A DNA stretch of 64,000 nt from Vicinamibacterales bacterium (GTDB lineage Bacteria > Acidobacteriota > Vicinamibacteria > Vicinamibacterales > UBA8438): assembly GCA_965215155.1 (NCBI GenBank), contig CBDCCY010000002.1:559698-623697 (forward strand), read 5' to 3'. The notes beneath the pieces are model-generated. The model was not told the origin of the DNA. It did no database searches and saw only the letters and a program-made list of their open reading frames with translations. Positions 54,298 to 63,984 of the stretch are shown one piece after another. Each line of letters opens with the position of its first letter. Position 1 is the stretch's first letter. The position numbers were made by a program, and so were the translations under genes.

Positions 54298-55212
54298 CTA
54301 CCGGTCCAGGTCTCGATCCGGATACAGGCGCACGCCGACCGCCGGGCGCGTCACGCGGACCCGGACGCGCCGCCCCGGCGGATCGGGGCGCTCGTAGACC
54401 AGGACGTAGCGACTCGACATCTCTTCGTAATGGGCGCCCAGTTCAGCTCCGAGCTCCGCCATCGCGTTGACCATGCCGGTGGCTACCGCGAGCGAGCGGT
54501 AGCGGCCGCCGGTGTTCCCGGTCAGGTTGACGGCGAAGCTCGTCGCCGAGTCGGGCCGGTCGCGCCCCGCCGCCGACCACTGCACGACGTGAATCATCAC
54601 GCCAGCCGCGCGCAGATCGTTCACGAATCGCAGGAAGCGCCGATCGTTCATGAAGGCGCTCGCCTCGGGGGCATCGCTCAGGAGCGCCACGAAGACCGGC
54701 CAAGCCTCGTCCCCGTCGTAGCGCCGGTCGAGCGTCTCCCGGATCGCGTCGACGAACCGGACGCCGCCCGCCTGGTCGGTGAAGATGCTGCGCCCGGTTT
54801 CGATCAGCTCCTCCCGGTCGGTGGTGAAGTCGACGAGCCGACGCACCTGGCCGCCGATCGTGAACAAGCCGACGGCATGCTGCGGCGGCAGGGCCTCGAG
54901 GAAAGCGGCCACTGCGTCGCGTAGCGGATTGACGGCCTGACCGGCCCGCATCGCGTCGCCGTTGTCGACCAGCAGGGAGATCTTCATCGGCTCGGAGCCG
55001 TTGCGGACGGCAACGACGCGCCCTTCGCGCCCGCTCTCCTCGACCTCGAACTCGTCCTGCGTCACGTCTGCCACCGGCCGGCCGGCCAGGTCCATCACGT
55101 GCACGTAGCCGACCCGGACCTCTTGCGCGGACGCAAGCGGGACGGCGAGCCCGACGACGACGCTCACGACCAGGACCGTGCGCCGTGCGCGCCGGCTCAT
55201 CCTTCCGACCAT
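54298..55212 (-). CDS. VWFA-related exported protein, tandem paralog 2 of 4
   Basis: Frame of ORF 54298..55269, ATG 55212 preceded by GAAGGAG. Same pattern as 53199..54113. Confidence 0.65.
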   Translation of the reverse strand: MVGRMSRRARRTVLVVSVVVGLAVPLASAQEVRVGYVHVMDLAGRPVADVTQDEFEVEESGREGRVVAVRNGSEPMKISLLVDNGDAMRAGQAVNPLRDAVAAFLEALPPQHAVGLFTIGGQVRRLVDFTTDREELIETGRSIFTDQAGGVRFVDAIRETLDRRYDGDEAWPVFVALLSDAPEASAFMNDRRFLRFVNDLRAAGVMIHVVQWSAAGRDRPDSATSFAVNLTGNTGGRYRSLAVATGMVNAMAELGAELGAHYEEMSSRYVLVYERPDPPGRRVRVRVTRPAVGVRLYPDRDLDR

Positions 55213-55294
55213 GGTTCGACTCCTTCGTCGATCGCGTCCTGCGTCGATCGTGTCCCGCATCAGGAGCAAGCGCAGCGCGGCACCCGCCTGCCGA

Positions 55295-56320
55295 TCAAGG
55301 GTCGATCGCGCGGTCGCGGTACAACTGCAGCGCGACAGCGGGCCGCGTTACCCGCATCATGACTCTCCGTCCAGGGGGGTCCGGCCGCTCGTAGGTCAGC
55401 ATGTAGCGAGTCGACACCTCGTCGTAGTGGGCCCCGATGTCGGCCGCAAGGTCCGTCATGGCGCCGACCATGCCGGTCGCCGCGGCGACAGAAACGTATC
55501 GCCCCCCGGTGACCTCGGTGAGGCTGAGGGCGATCGTGTGTGTTGCCGACGTCCCGCGGCCGCCCGCGTCCCGATCCACGAGCGACCGCCGTCCGCGCTC
55601 GGCGAATCTCTCCCCGGAAGGACCGGCTGCGCCGAACGCGCCCACGCCGAATCCCTCCTCCCGCAGCACGCGGCGGGCGCTGTTCCACTGCACGACGTGA
55701 ACGATCGCGCCGCGTGCCCGCAGCGACTCGACGAAACGCCGGTACCGCCGCTCGTTCAGGAACGCGCTCGCCTCCCCGGAGTCGGTGATCAGGGCGACGA
55801 AGACCGGCCACACCTCGTCCTCGTCGTAGCGGCGCTCGAGGGTCTCCCGGATCGAGTCCACGAAGCGGACGCCGTCGGTCTCGTCGGTGAAGAGCCCCCT
55901 GGCTCGTTCGACGAGCTCCCCGCGGTCCGTCGTGAAGTCAGCGACCTGGCGAATCTGGCCGCCGATGGTGAACAGGCTGACGAGGTGCTGCGGCGGAAGC
56001 GTCTCGAGGAATCCCGCAACGGCGTCCCGCATCGGATTGACGGCCTGGCCGGCGCGCATCGCCTCGCCGTTGTCGACGAGCAACGCGACCCGCATCGGCT
56101 CGGTGCCGACGCGCACCGACACCACCCGGCCCGGGACCCGGTCCTCCGCCACCTGAAACTCCTCCGGTGCGAGGTCGGTCACCGGTTGCCCCTGCTGGTC
56201 CAGGACCTGGACGTAGGCCACGCGCTGCTCCTGGGCCGCGGCCCCGCCCGCGAGAGCGATGCACGCGATCGCCGCCGCCACGACCGTCCACGCTCGCACG
56301 CTGCGGATTCGATACGCCAT
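55295..56320 (-). CDS. VWFA-related exported protein, tandem paralog 3 of 4 (carries an extra about 35-residue insert)
   Basis: Frame of ORF 55295..56413, ATG 56320. Same pattern, plus an insert around VLREEGFGVGAFGAAGPSGERFAERGRRSLVDRD. Confidence 0.65.
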   Translation of the reverse strand: MAYRIRSVRAWTVVAAAIACIALAGGAAAQEQRVAYVQVLDQQGQPVTDLAPEEFQVAEDRVPGRVVSVRVGTEPMRVALLVDNGEAMRAGQAVNPMRDAVAGFLETLPPQHLVSLFTIGGQIRQVADFTTDRGELVERARGLFTDETDGVRFVDSIRETLERRYDEDEVWPVFVALITDSGEASAFLNERRYRRFVESLRARGAIVHVVQWNSARRVLREEGFGVGAFGAAGPSGERFAERGRRSLVDRDAGGRGTSATHTIALSLTEVTGGRYVSVAAATGMVGAMTDLAADIGAHYDEVSTRYMLTYERPDPPGRRVMMRVTRPAVALQLYRDRAIDP

Positions 56321-56446
56321 GAGTCCTACCCTTTCCTGTTCGCCCGGGATCGTCCCGGACCGCCGGGTGCTTCCACGTCGCTCGGATTCGGTGCGCCGGT
56401 CGCCGACCGCCATCGTCCTCCCGTGTTCCGTGCAAGGTCCTCGCCG

Positions 56447-57361
56447 CTACGGCATGCTCCGGTCACCGAAGAGCTGCAGGTTGACCCCGGGGCGGGTCAC
56501 GCTCACGGACACGCTCTGCCCCCCCGGATCGGGACGCTCGTAGATCACGCGGTAGCGTATCGACGCCTGCTCCCAGTGGGTCGCCATGTCGGCCGCGAGC
56601 TGTCGGAGGATGTCCTCATATGCGGTCGCGGCTGCTATCTGCGCGTACCGGCCGCCGGTGTTCTCGGCCAGGTTGATGGCATAGCCGGTTGAAGTCTGCG
56701 CCCGCGTGCCCCCGGCCCCGCGCGAGCTCCAGAGTACGGAATGTACGGTCACGCCGCCGGCGAGCAAGTCTCCGACCCAGCCCATGAAACGGTCCTCGTT
56801 CATGAATGCGCTCTGCTCGATCCCATCGGTCAGGATCGCGACGAAGATGGGCCACGCTTCGTCACCGTCGAACCGCCGATCCCAGGTCTCCCGAACGCCG
56901 TCGATGAAGCGGACGCTGCCGGCGTTGTCGACGTGCAGGTCCGCGACCTCCTCGAGCAGCTCGGCCCGGTCGGTCGTGAAGCCGACGCGCCGGAACACCT
57001 GGCCGCCGATCGTGAACAGCCCGATCTCGTGCTCGGGCGGGATCGTCTCGATGAACCCCGTGACCGCGGCGCGCAGGGGGTTGATCGCCTGCCCCATGCT
57101 GATTCGGCGCCCGTTGTCGACCAGCAGGGCGATCTTCATCGGCTCGGTCCCGACCTCGGCCGAGACGACCTCGGCGGCGTTCCCGTCCTCGCTGACCTGG
57201 AACTCCTCCGGCGTGAGATCGGTCACCGGTTGGCCCGTCTGGTCGATGACCGCCGCGTAGATCAGGCCGAGCTCCTGGGCCGATGCGGCGCCCGCCAGAC
57301 CGATTCCCGCCAGGCAGGCGGCTACCGCGACCGCCGCGCGCAGCGTAACGAAACGACGCAT
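56447..57361 (-). CDS. VWFA-related exported protein, tandem paralog 4 of 4
   Basis: 3' part of the 1183-aa ORF 56447..59998, ATG 57361 preceded by AAGGAGG (MRRFVTLRAAVAVAACLAGIGLAGAASAQ). The rest of the long ORF is antisense to hisC and the hydrolase gene. Confidence 0.65.
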   Translation of the reverse strand: MRRFVTLRAAVAVAACLAGIGLAGAASAQELGLIYAAVIDQTGQPVTDLTPEEFQVSEDGNAAEVVSAEVGTEPMKIALLVDNGRRISMGQAINPLRAAVTGFIETIPPEHEIGLFTIGGQVFRRVGFTTDRAELLEEVADLHVDNAGSVRFIDGVRETWDRRFDGDEAWPIFVAILTDGIEQSAFMNEDRFMGWVGDLLAGGVTVHSVLWSSRGAGGTRAQTSTGYAINLAENTGGRYAQIAAATAYEDILRQLAADMATHWEQASIRYRVIYERPDPGGQSVSVSVTRPGVNLQLFGDRSMP

Positions 57362-57529
57362 GCTCGACCTCCTTGCATTCGCGGCGTTCCCGCGATTCCT
57401 CATCGCGTGCCGCTCCGACTCTCCGGACCTCTCCAACTCGCCGCGCGGGCGGTGGACCGGGTTCGCCCACAGTATATAGGCCGGCCCCGCGGTTCGAGCC
57501 CGTTCGCCGCTACAATGACGCAGGCCCGC

Positions 57530-58582
57530 ATGTCGCTCTTCCGACCGGCGATCGACGCTCTCGACGGCTATGTGCCGGGCGAGCAGCCGGACCAGCCGGA
57601 CGTCGTCAAGCTCAATACCAACGAGAACGCGTATCCGCCGAGCCCGCGGGCGCTCGAGGCGCTGCGCGCGGTCGACGCGGACCTCCTGCGGCGCTATCCG
57701 CACCCTGCCGCCGACGAGTTCCGCCGGAGCGCCGCGGCGGCGCTCGGCATCGAGCCGGGGTGGATTCTGGCCGGCAACGGAAGCGACGACCTGCTGACGA
57801 TGCTGATGCGCGCCGTCGCCGCCCCCGACCGCGCGGTCGCGTACCCCGCCCCCACATATGTGTTGTACCGCACGCTGGCCGCGATGCAGGAAGCGCCGGT
57901 CATCGAGACGCCGTTCGACGACGCGTATACGCTGCCGCTGGACGCCCTGGCGCGGGCCGCGGCGGCGCTCACGATCGTCGCCAACCCCAACAGCCCCTCC
58001 GGCACGGCGGCCCCCCTCGACGCACTCGACGCGCTGGCGGCGCGGCTCGACGGCGTGCTCGTCATCGACGAAGCCTACGTGGAGTTCGGCGACGGCTCGG
58101 CCCTCGATCTCGTTCGCAGATGCGACCGGGTCGTCGTGCTGCGAACGCTCTCGAAGAGCCACGGGTTGGCCGGCCTGCGCCTCGGATTCGCCGTCGCCCA
58201 GCCGTCGCTCCTCGCCGGGCTCGCCAAGGTCAAGGACAGCTACAACGTCGATGCCGTCGCGGCGCGCGTGGGGGCCGCCGCCATCCGCGACGTCGACTAC
58301 ACGCGTGGCACGGTGGCCCGCATTCGAGGCGCGCGGCGGCGACTGACCGCCTCGCTCACCGCTCTCGGGTTCCGCGTCTGGCCGAGCCAGGCCAACTTCG
58401 TGCTCGCCCGCCCCCCGGACGGGGGGGCCCGGCGCCTGCACGAGGGCCTGCGGTCCCGAGGCATCCTCGTCCGCTACTTCGACGAGCCCCGCCTGGCCGA
58501 TACGCTGCGCATCACGGTGGGGACCGAGGCGCAGAACGAGCACCTGACGGCGACCCTGGCCGCCCTGCTGCGGCCGTCGTGA
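57530..58582 (+). CDS. hisC: histidinol-phosphate aminotransferase
   Basis: Frame of ORF 56741..58582. MSLFRPAIDALDGYVPGEQ...KLNTNENAYPPSP...NPNSPSG...DEAYVEF...RTLSKSHGLAGLRLG. The alternative ATG 57515 lies within a TACAAT box. Confidence 0.88.
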   Translation: MSLFRPAIDALDGYVPGEQPDQPDVVKLNTNENAYPPSPRALEALRAVDADLLRRYPHPAADEFRRSAAAALGIEPGWILAGNGSDDLLTMLMRAVAAPDRAVAYPAPTYVLYRTLAAMQEAPVIETPFDDAYTLPLDALARAAAALTIVANPNSPSGTAAPLDALDALAARLDGVLVIDEAYVEFGDGSALDLVRRCDRVVVLRTLSKSHGLAGLRLGFAVAQPSLLAGLAKVKDSYNVDAVAARVGAAAIRDVDYTRGTVARIRGARRRLTASLTALGFRVWPSQANFVLARPPDGGARRLHEGLRSRGILVRYFDEPRLADTLRITVGTEAQNEHLTATLAALLRPS

Positions 58583-58723
58583 AAGCCTGCCGCGCGGGCA
58601 CGACGCTTCACCGCACGACGCTATAATGCGCCCCTGCGCCCGCCGCGGGTGGCGCGGGCGCCGGCATCGGCATCGGCAATGGCTCGCGGCCCGCTCCGCC
58701 GCCGGCCCGGGAAGGAACTCCAG

Positions 58724-59791
58724 ATGCTCCGCTCTTGCCTTGCGGCCGCGGTCGGCGTCCTGATCATTCCGGCTGGCCCGATCGGCAGTGCCGCCGGGAA
58801 CCCCACCGAAGGCTCCGCGCCGACCGCCGCGGTCGGGCAGTCCGACGTCGACCGCTACGAGCTCGACCGGGCGCGCAAGGTTCGCCGCGACCGCACGCTG
58901 CGCACGCTGAGCGAGGGCGTGCTCAGGATGCGGAAGCTCACCTACCGCAGCCGCATCGGTGACCTGGACATTCCCTTCTACCTGTTCGAGCCGCTGGAAC
59001 TGCGCCGGGACCGGGGCCACGCGGCCCTCATCTGGATTCACGGGGGCGTGCACGGAGACTTCGATCCGTCCTACTTCCCGTTCGTCAAGGAGGCGGTCGA
59101 CCGAGGCTACGTCGTGCTCGCGCCCGAGTACCGCGGCAGCACGGGCTACGGCCGTCGCCACCACGAGGCGATCGACTACGGCGGCTTCGAGGTCGACGAC
59201 TGCCTGACCGCCCTGGACTACCTGCGCGCCGAGCTCCCGCACGTCGATCCGGAACGCGTGGGCGTGATCGGGTGGAGTCATGGGGGCTTCATCGCGCTCC
59301 ACTCGGTCTTCCGCGACCAGACGTCGTTCCGGGCCGCCGCGGCCCTCGTGCCGGTCACCAACCTGGTGTTCCGCCTCTCCTACAAGGGCCCCCGCTATGC
59401 ACGCCACTTCATCAGCCAGCCCCGCATCGGCGGCCCGGTGTACGCACGGCGGGACGTCTACGTCGAGCGCTCGCCGCTCTACCACGTCGACCGGCTCGCG
59501 ACGCCGCTCCTCGTGCATGTGGCGGACAACGACCGGGACGTCAACTTCGTCGAGGCGCAGCAGCTCATCCATGCGCTCGAGTACCTGAAGCCGAAGCTGG
59601 CCGAGACGCGCATCTACCGCGACCCGCCCGTCGACGAGTTCGGGGGCGGACACCGCTTCAACCGGCGCGTCGACCGCGCGAACGGCTACCGGCGGGTCGA
59701 CAGCCCGCACCAGCGGGACTCCTGGAACCGCATCTGGACGTTCCTCGAGTGGCACCTCCGCCCGTACCGGACGACACCCCTCGCCCGGTGA
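58724..59791 (+). CDS. exported alpha/beta hydrolase, S9 prolyl-oligopeptidase/dienelactone-hydrolase type
   Basis: Frame of ORF 58649..59791, ATG 58724 after GGAAGGAA. Nucleophile elbow GWSHGG. IWIHGGVHG. Catalytic-type D and H downstream (VADNDRDV, GGGHRF). Confidence 0.75.
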   Translation: MLRSCLAAAVGVLIIPAGPIGSAAGNPTEGSAPTAAVGQSDVDRYELDRARKVRRDRTLRTLSEGVLRMRKLTYRSRIGDLDIPFYLFEPLELRRDRGHAALIWIHGGVHGDFDPSYFPFVKEAVDRGYVVLAPEYRGSTGYGRRHHEAIDYGGFEVDDCLTALDYLRAELPHVDPERVGVIGWSHGGFIALHSVFRDQTSFRAAAALVPVTNLVFRLSYKGPRYARHFISQPRIGGPVYARRDVYVERSPLYHVDRLATPLLVHVADNDRDVNFVEAQQLIHALEYLKPKLAETRIYRDPPVDEFGGGHRFNRRVDRANGYRRVDSPHQRDSWNRIWTFLEWHLRPYRTTPLAR

Positions 59792-59878
59792 ACCGCGACG
59801 CCTCCCCGACCGGGTCGCCGACGGGCGGCTGCCGGCCCCCTCAAGCCCGGCGCGCGACGGCCGATACGTCCACCAGAG

Positions 59879-60142
59879 ATGGTGCACTTTGCGAGACGGC
59901 GGTTGGGCCGGCGGGAGCAGCTCACCGTGCGCACCGCTCCGACGCTCAGCGGCCACCGCATCGTCGTCGGCCATCCGGATGGCCGGCGGGTGGTGCACGA
60001 CTTCCCCGACTACTCCGCCCGCTATCTCGGCACGATCGCGATTCAGGCGGAGTTGCTCCGGGACGGGTGGAGACCGGTGCGACCGCCCCGGCGTCGGACC
60101 GCCGCGGTCTGCGGCCGGCCCGTCGGCGCCGCGCGGACGTGA
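59879..60142 (+). CDS. hypothetical small protein
   Basis: ORF 59879..60142 fills an otherwise empty gap. Third-position GC bias is consistent with coding. No motif recognised. Confidence 0.3.
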   Translation: MVHFARRRLGRREQLTVRTAPTLSGHRIVVGHPDGRRVVHDFPDYSARYLGTIAIQAELLRDGWRPVRPPRRRTAAVCGRPVGAART

Positions 60143-60180
60143 GCCGCGGCCGGCCGGGTACGACGCGGATCGAACCGACG

Positions 60181-60807
60181 ATGGGCGCGTCGCGGCTCAT
60201 CGCGCTGGACGTCGCGCTCCTGCTGCCCCGCGCGGCGGCGGTCTCGTTGGGGCGGCTGAACGCTCGGCTTCGGCCTCCGCCCGCAGGTTTCGCCTTCGAC
60301 GACACCCACCTGCCCCACGTCACGCTCGTCCAGCAGTTCGTCCGGGCGGCCGACCTGGACGTCGTTCTGCCCGCGCTCGGCGGGGTCGCCTCGCGGATGC
60401 CACCGATCCGGCTGCGCAGTGTCGGGCTGCGCCGCGGCCGCACGACCACGAGCCTCGGAGTCGACGGAGGGGCCGCGCTCCGCCGCCTGCACTATCACCT
60501 CCTTGAGCGTCTCGAGCCCCATGCGGCGCCGCCGGCCGGTGCCTCGGCGTTCGTGGCCGAGGGCGAGCCCCCCCGCGACGGCGACATCGACTGGGTCGCG
60601 CACTTTCGCACGCAGGCGGCGGGAGCACGCTTCGAGCCGCACGTCACCCTGGGCGTCGGCGCGCTCGGCGTCGCCGCGCCGCGGATCGCGTTCACGGCCA
60701 CCGAGCTGGCGGCCTGCCATCTCGGCCGCTTCTGCACCTGCCGGCGTGTCCTGGGCGCATGGGGACTCGGGGGCTCGGCGGAGGCGCCCGCGGAGTCCGC
60801 ATCGTGA
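60181..60807 (+). CDS. 2H phosphoesterase superfamily protein (LigT/2'-5' RNA ligase-like)
   Basis: Tail of ORF 59272..60807, ATG 60181. Two HxT motifs, HVTLV and HVTLG, at the expected spacing. Confidence 0.65.
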   Translation: MGASRLIALDVALLLPRAAAVSLGRLNARLRPPPAGFAFDDTHLPHVTLVQQFVRAADLDVVLPALGGVASRMPPIRLRSVGLRRGRTTTSLGVDGGAALRRLHYHLLERLEPHAAPPAGASAFVAEGEPPRDGDIDWVAHFRTQAAGARFEPHVTLGVGALGVAAPRIAFTATELAACHLGRFCTCRRVLGAWGLGGSAEAPAESAS

Positions 60808-61217
60808 CGGTCGCCCTGGTGGGGCTGGCCGCGGTGGGGCTGCTCATCGCGTCGTACTTCACGGCGGTCGCCTATCGCTGGATGCGGCCGGACGCGCGCT
60901 GGATCCCCCCTTTCTGCCGCCTGGGCGAGGCGACGTGCGCGTCGATCGTCTTCACCCCCGCGGCCCGCGTGTTCCGCGTGCCCAACTCGCTGCTGGGCCA
61001 GCTCTACTACGCCTCGCTGCTCGCCGGCGCGCCGGCCGGCGCCCTCGACGAGCCGCGGCTGCGGCTCGTCTGGCTCGCGGCGAGTCTCGTCACGGTCGGC
61101 CTGGGCGCGTACCTGACGTGGTCGCTGCTGTTCGTGATCCGCGTCGCCTGCGTGCTCTGCTTCACGTCGCACGCGATCAACGCGGTTATCCTCGGCCTGC
61201 TGCTCCTGGGGATCTGA
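60804..61217 (+). CDS. vitamin K epoxide reductase (VKOR) family membrane protein
   Basis: Frame of ORF 60759..61217. GTG 60804 overlaps the upstream stop (GTGA). FCRLGEATCASIV and CVLCFTSHAIN cysteine pairs in a 4-TM layout. Confidence 0.65.
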   Translation: MTVALVGLAAVGLLIASYFTAVAYRWMRPDARWIPPFCRLGEATCASIVFTPAARVFRVPNSLLGQLYYASLLAGAPAGALDEPRLRLVWLAASLVTVGLGAYLTWSLLFVIRVACVLCFTSHAINAVILGLLLLGI

Positions 61218-61262
61218 CCGACCGGTTCCCCCGATGCGGCAAGCTGCGTGCGGGAGGCTCCC

Positions 61263-62282
61263 ATGAATGAGCAGCAGTGGTACGTGGCGCCGCACGGCAA
61301 TCAGATCGGACCGATTCCCCGCTCGGAGGTCGAGTCGATGCTGCGGAACGGCAGCATCGACGGCGACACCCACGTGTTCCGCCCGGGGCTGAGCGGCTGG
61401 ATGCGGCTGCGCGACGTGCCGCAACTCGCCGGCGCGGTGGCACCGGTGGACGCCGCGGTCGTGCCGCACCCGCCCGGCCGGGCCGCGCACGAGATCGACT
61501 TTCGGATCGAGGGCACGGAGATGCAGTTCGTCGAGGTGGCCCTCGATCCCGGCGAAAGTGCGGTGGCCGAGGCCGGGGCCATGATGTACATGACGTCCGG
61601 CATCCGCATGGAGACCGTCTTCGGCGACGGGAGCGAGCGCAGGCAGTCCGGCATCGTCGGCACGCTCCTCGGTGCCGGCAAGCGCCTCCTCACCGGCGAG
61701 AGCCTGTTCATGACCGTGTTCACGAACGAAGGCCCGGGACTGCAGCGCGTCGCGTTCACCGCCCCGTACGCGGGGAAGATCCTGCCGATGGACCTTGCGA
61801 CCCTCGGCGGCGAGCTCGTCTGCCAGCGGGACGCGTTCCTCAGCGCCGCGAAGGGCGTGTCGATCGGCATCGCGTTCCAGAAGAAGATCGGGGCCGGCCT
61901 GTTCGGCGGCGAGGGGTTCATCATGCAGCGGCTCGAGGGCGACGGCCTCACCTTCGTGCACGCCGGCGGCACGGTCAAGCTGCTGGAACTCGGGCCCGGC
62001 GAGACGCTGCGCATCGACACCGGCTGCCTCGTGGCGCTCGAGCCGCGGGTCAGCTACGACGTGCAGTTCGTGGGCGGCATCAAGAGCGCGCTGTTCGGCG
62101 GCGAAGGCATCTTCTTCGCGACGCTCTCCGGCCCCGGGCGCGTCTGGCTGCAGTCGCTCCCGCTGAGCCGGCTGGCCGACCGCATCTACAAGGCCGCGCC
62201 GCAGACCGGCGGGCGGCGCCAGGGAGAGGGTTCCGTGCTCGACCACCTCGGCGGCCTCGGCAACCTCATCGACGGCCGCTAG
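61263..62282 (+). CDS. GYF_2 (DUF4339)-like N-terminal domain fused to an AIM24/DUF124 family domain
   Basis: Frame of ORF 61248..62282, ATG 61263. QWYVAPHGNQIGPIPRSEVESMLRNGSIDGDTHVFRPGLSGWMRL followed by AIM24-type GESLFMTVF...GEGFIMQRLEGDG...GEGIFFATLSGPGRVWLQSLP. Confidence 0.7.
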   Translation: MNEQQWYVAPHGNQIGPIPRSEVESMLRNGSIDGDTHVFRPGLSGWMRLRDVPQLAGAVAPVDAAVVPHPPGRAAHEIDFRIEGTEMQFVEVALDPGESAVAEAGAMMYMTSGIRMETVFGDGSERRQSGIVGTLLGAGKRLLTGESLFMTVFTNEGPGLQRVAFTAPYAGKILPMDLATLGGELVCQRDAFLSAAKGVSIGIAFQKKIGAGLFGGEGFIMQRLEGDGLTFVHAGGTVKLLELGPGETLRIDTGCLVALEPRVSYDVQFVGGIKSALFGGEGIFFATLSGPGRVWLQSLPLSRLADRIYKAAPQTGGRRQGEGSVLDHLGGLGNLIDGR

Positions 62283-62357
62283 GAGTCTGCGTCGCAGAAC
62301 CTGCCATCGGGGACTCCGTGCCAGCGCAGACTCTCAACGCGCCCGTCAGGGCGCGCC
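62281..62357 (-). repeat. REP-like composite element, inverse orientation
   Basis: AGGAGTCTGCGTCGCAGA ... CGCAGACTCTCAACGCGCCCGTCAGGGCGCGCC is the reverse-complement pattern of 42956-42990. It starts at the stop codon of the AIM24-like gene. Confidence 0.6.
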
Positions 62358-62471
62358 AGGAGCGCCGTTGGCGGTCGGGTCGTACGATATAGTGTGCGTT
62401 CGGCCGGCGGGCGGGCGCCCCCGGCCACCGCCCGCGGGGCGGCGATTCGGAGGGGTCCAGACAAGACGAGG

Positions 62472-62930
62472 ATGCAAATGAAGGCACGACGGCTCGGACG
62501 ATGGAACGGAACGGTCACGGTGGCGTCGCTGGCGCTGGTCGCCGCGGGGGCATTCTGGAGCGGCACGGCGGCGCAGGATCGCACCGTCTGGGACGGCGTC
62601 TTCACCGAGGAGCAGGCGACGCGCGGCATGGCCACCTACGAGCAGGAATGCTCGCAGTGCCACCTCGAAGACCTGCTCGGCGACGGGATCGCTCCGGCGC
62701 TGATCGGCGCCCCGTTCCATTTCCGGTGGAGCGATCTGTCCGTCGGCGACATGCTCGTCGCCATCCGCACGACGATGCCGCAGGGTGCGCCGGCCAGCCT
62801 GAGCCCGCGGGCGTACGCCGACATCGTCGCCTACATGCTGAAGGTCAACGACTTCCCCGCCGGCGACACGGAGCTCCCGACCAGCGTCGACGACCTCGAG
62901 GGCATCATCATCGTCGAAGACGCTCCCTGA
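62472..62930 (+). CDS. exported monoheme c-type cytochrome
   Basis: Frame of ORF 62394..62930, ATG 62472. Signal peptide, heme motif CSQCH, distal Met region TTMPQG. Confidence 0.7.
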   Translation: MQMKARRLGRWNGTVTVASLALVAAGAFWSGTAAQDRTVWDGVFTEEQATRGMATYEQECSQCHLEDLLGDGIAPALIGAPFHFRWSDLSVGDMLVAIRTTMPQGAPASLSPRAYADIVAYMLKVNDFPAGDTELPTSVDDLEGIIIVEDAP

Positions 62931-63087
62931 AGGAGCACGGCACCGACAACCGACAACGCGGCGGTGCGAGGGCCGGAGAGCGGCCCGGCCCTCGCACCGC
63001 CCCGCACCTCCCGCGTTCCAGCCGCAACCGGATTGCCTGCCCACCCCGCTGCCGGCTCCGGCACGGCCGGATGACCCGGAGCCTGCG

Positions 63088-63984
63088 TCAGAGCGGCGAG
63101 TCGGGCAGTCGGCGGGCCTTCGGGCCGTCGTACACGTGCCGGGCCGGGTCTATCGACCGCATGGCTGCCTCCCGCCGCTGCTCCTCGAGCGAGTGCGCGA
63201 CGAGTCCGGGAACGCGCGCGATCGTGAACAGCATCGTCGCGGTCTCGGCATCGAAACCGATGTCGCCGCAGACGGCTGCGATCGCCCCGTCGACGTTCAG
63301 CGACACGGGGGCCTTGCCCGACGCGGTGCGGCGCCCGTTCAACTCCTGCTCGAGGGCGCGCGCGAGTTGCGTGTAGGCGCCGTCGACGTCGAGCTCGAAG
63401 GACAACTGCAGCAGCCGGGCCGCGCGCGGGTCGCGCGAGTGGTGGCGATGGCCGAACCCCGGGGGCGCGTCGCCCGTGGGAGTCTCCGTCCAGTGGTCGA
63501 GCAGACGGCGCGCCGCGTCGTCGGGCGAGACCCAGTCGTCGACCAGGGCGATGCCCTCCTCGAGGAATCGGAGGCAGGCCCCGATGCTGCCGCCGCCTCC
63601 GAGCCGGGAGCCCAGCGCGAGCACGCCGGCGGCCGTCGCCGCCCGCGGCGGAGCCCCGGTGCCCGCGACGGTACGCGCCGCGAGCGTCGACGGGGGCTGG
63701 ACGCCGTGATCTATGGCGGAGACGAGCAACGCCTCCATCAGGCGGCCGAACGCGGGCGACGGCGGCTCTCCGGCGAGGAGCAGGTAGATCGCCTCGCCGA
63801 ACGAGAGACGTCCCATGACCTCATCGAGCCGGTAGCCGCGGACGAGGATGCTGTCGGGGCCGATGCGGGTGATTGCCGTTCCCCAGGCGTCCGCCGCCTC
63901 GCCGCCGCCCTGCGGGGACCCGCCGGCGGCGGGCGGCCGGTCGCCGGGCGTCGGCGCAGGCGGAGCCGGGTCGCTTGGGGCCAC
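63088..63984 (-). CDS. citrate-synthase-fold protein, citryl-CoA lyase-like
   Basis: ORF 63088..63984. GFGHRHHSRDPRA and NVDGAIAAV...ARVPGLVAHSLEE motifs of the citrate synthase family in a short (about 300 aa) form. The Pro/Ala-rich N-terminus makes the start uncertain. Confidence 0.6.
   Translation of the reverse strand: MAPSDPAPPAPTPGDRPPAAGGSPQGGGEAADAWGTAITRIGPDSILVRGYRLDEVMGRLSFGEAIYLLLAGEPPSPAFGRLMEALLVSAIDHGVQPPSTLAARTVAGTGAPPRAATAAGVLALGSRLGGGGSIGACLRFLEEGIALVDDWVSPDDAARRLLDHWTETPTGDAPPGFGHRHHSRDPRAARLLQLSFELDVDGAYTQLARALEQELNGRRTASGKAPVSLNVDGAIAAVCGDIGFDAETATMLFTIARVPGLVAHSLEEQRREAAMRSIDPARHVYDGPKARRLPDSPL

Noticed and set aside
56447-59998. 1183-aa ORF as a single giant gene
   Set aside because: Only the last 304 codons (from ATG 57361 with AAGGAGG) resemble the neighbouring VWFA paralogs. 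The remainder is antisense to hisC and the hydrolase gene.
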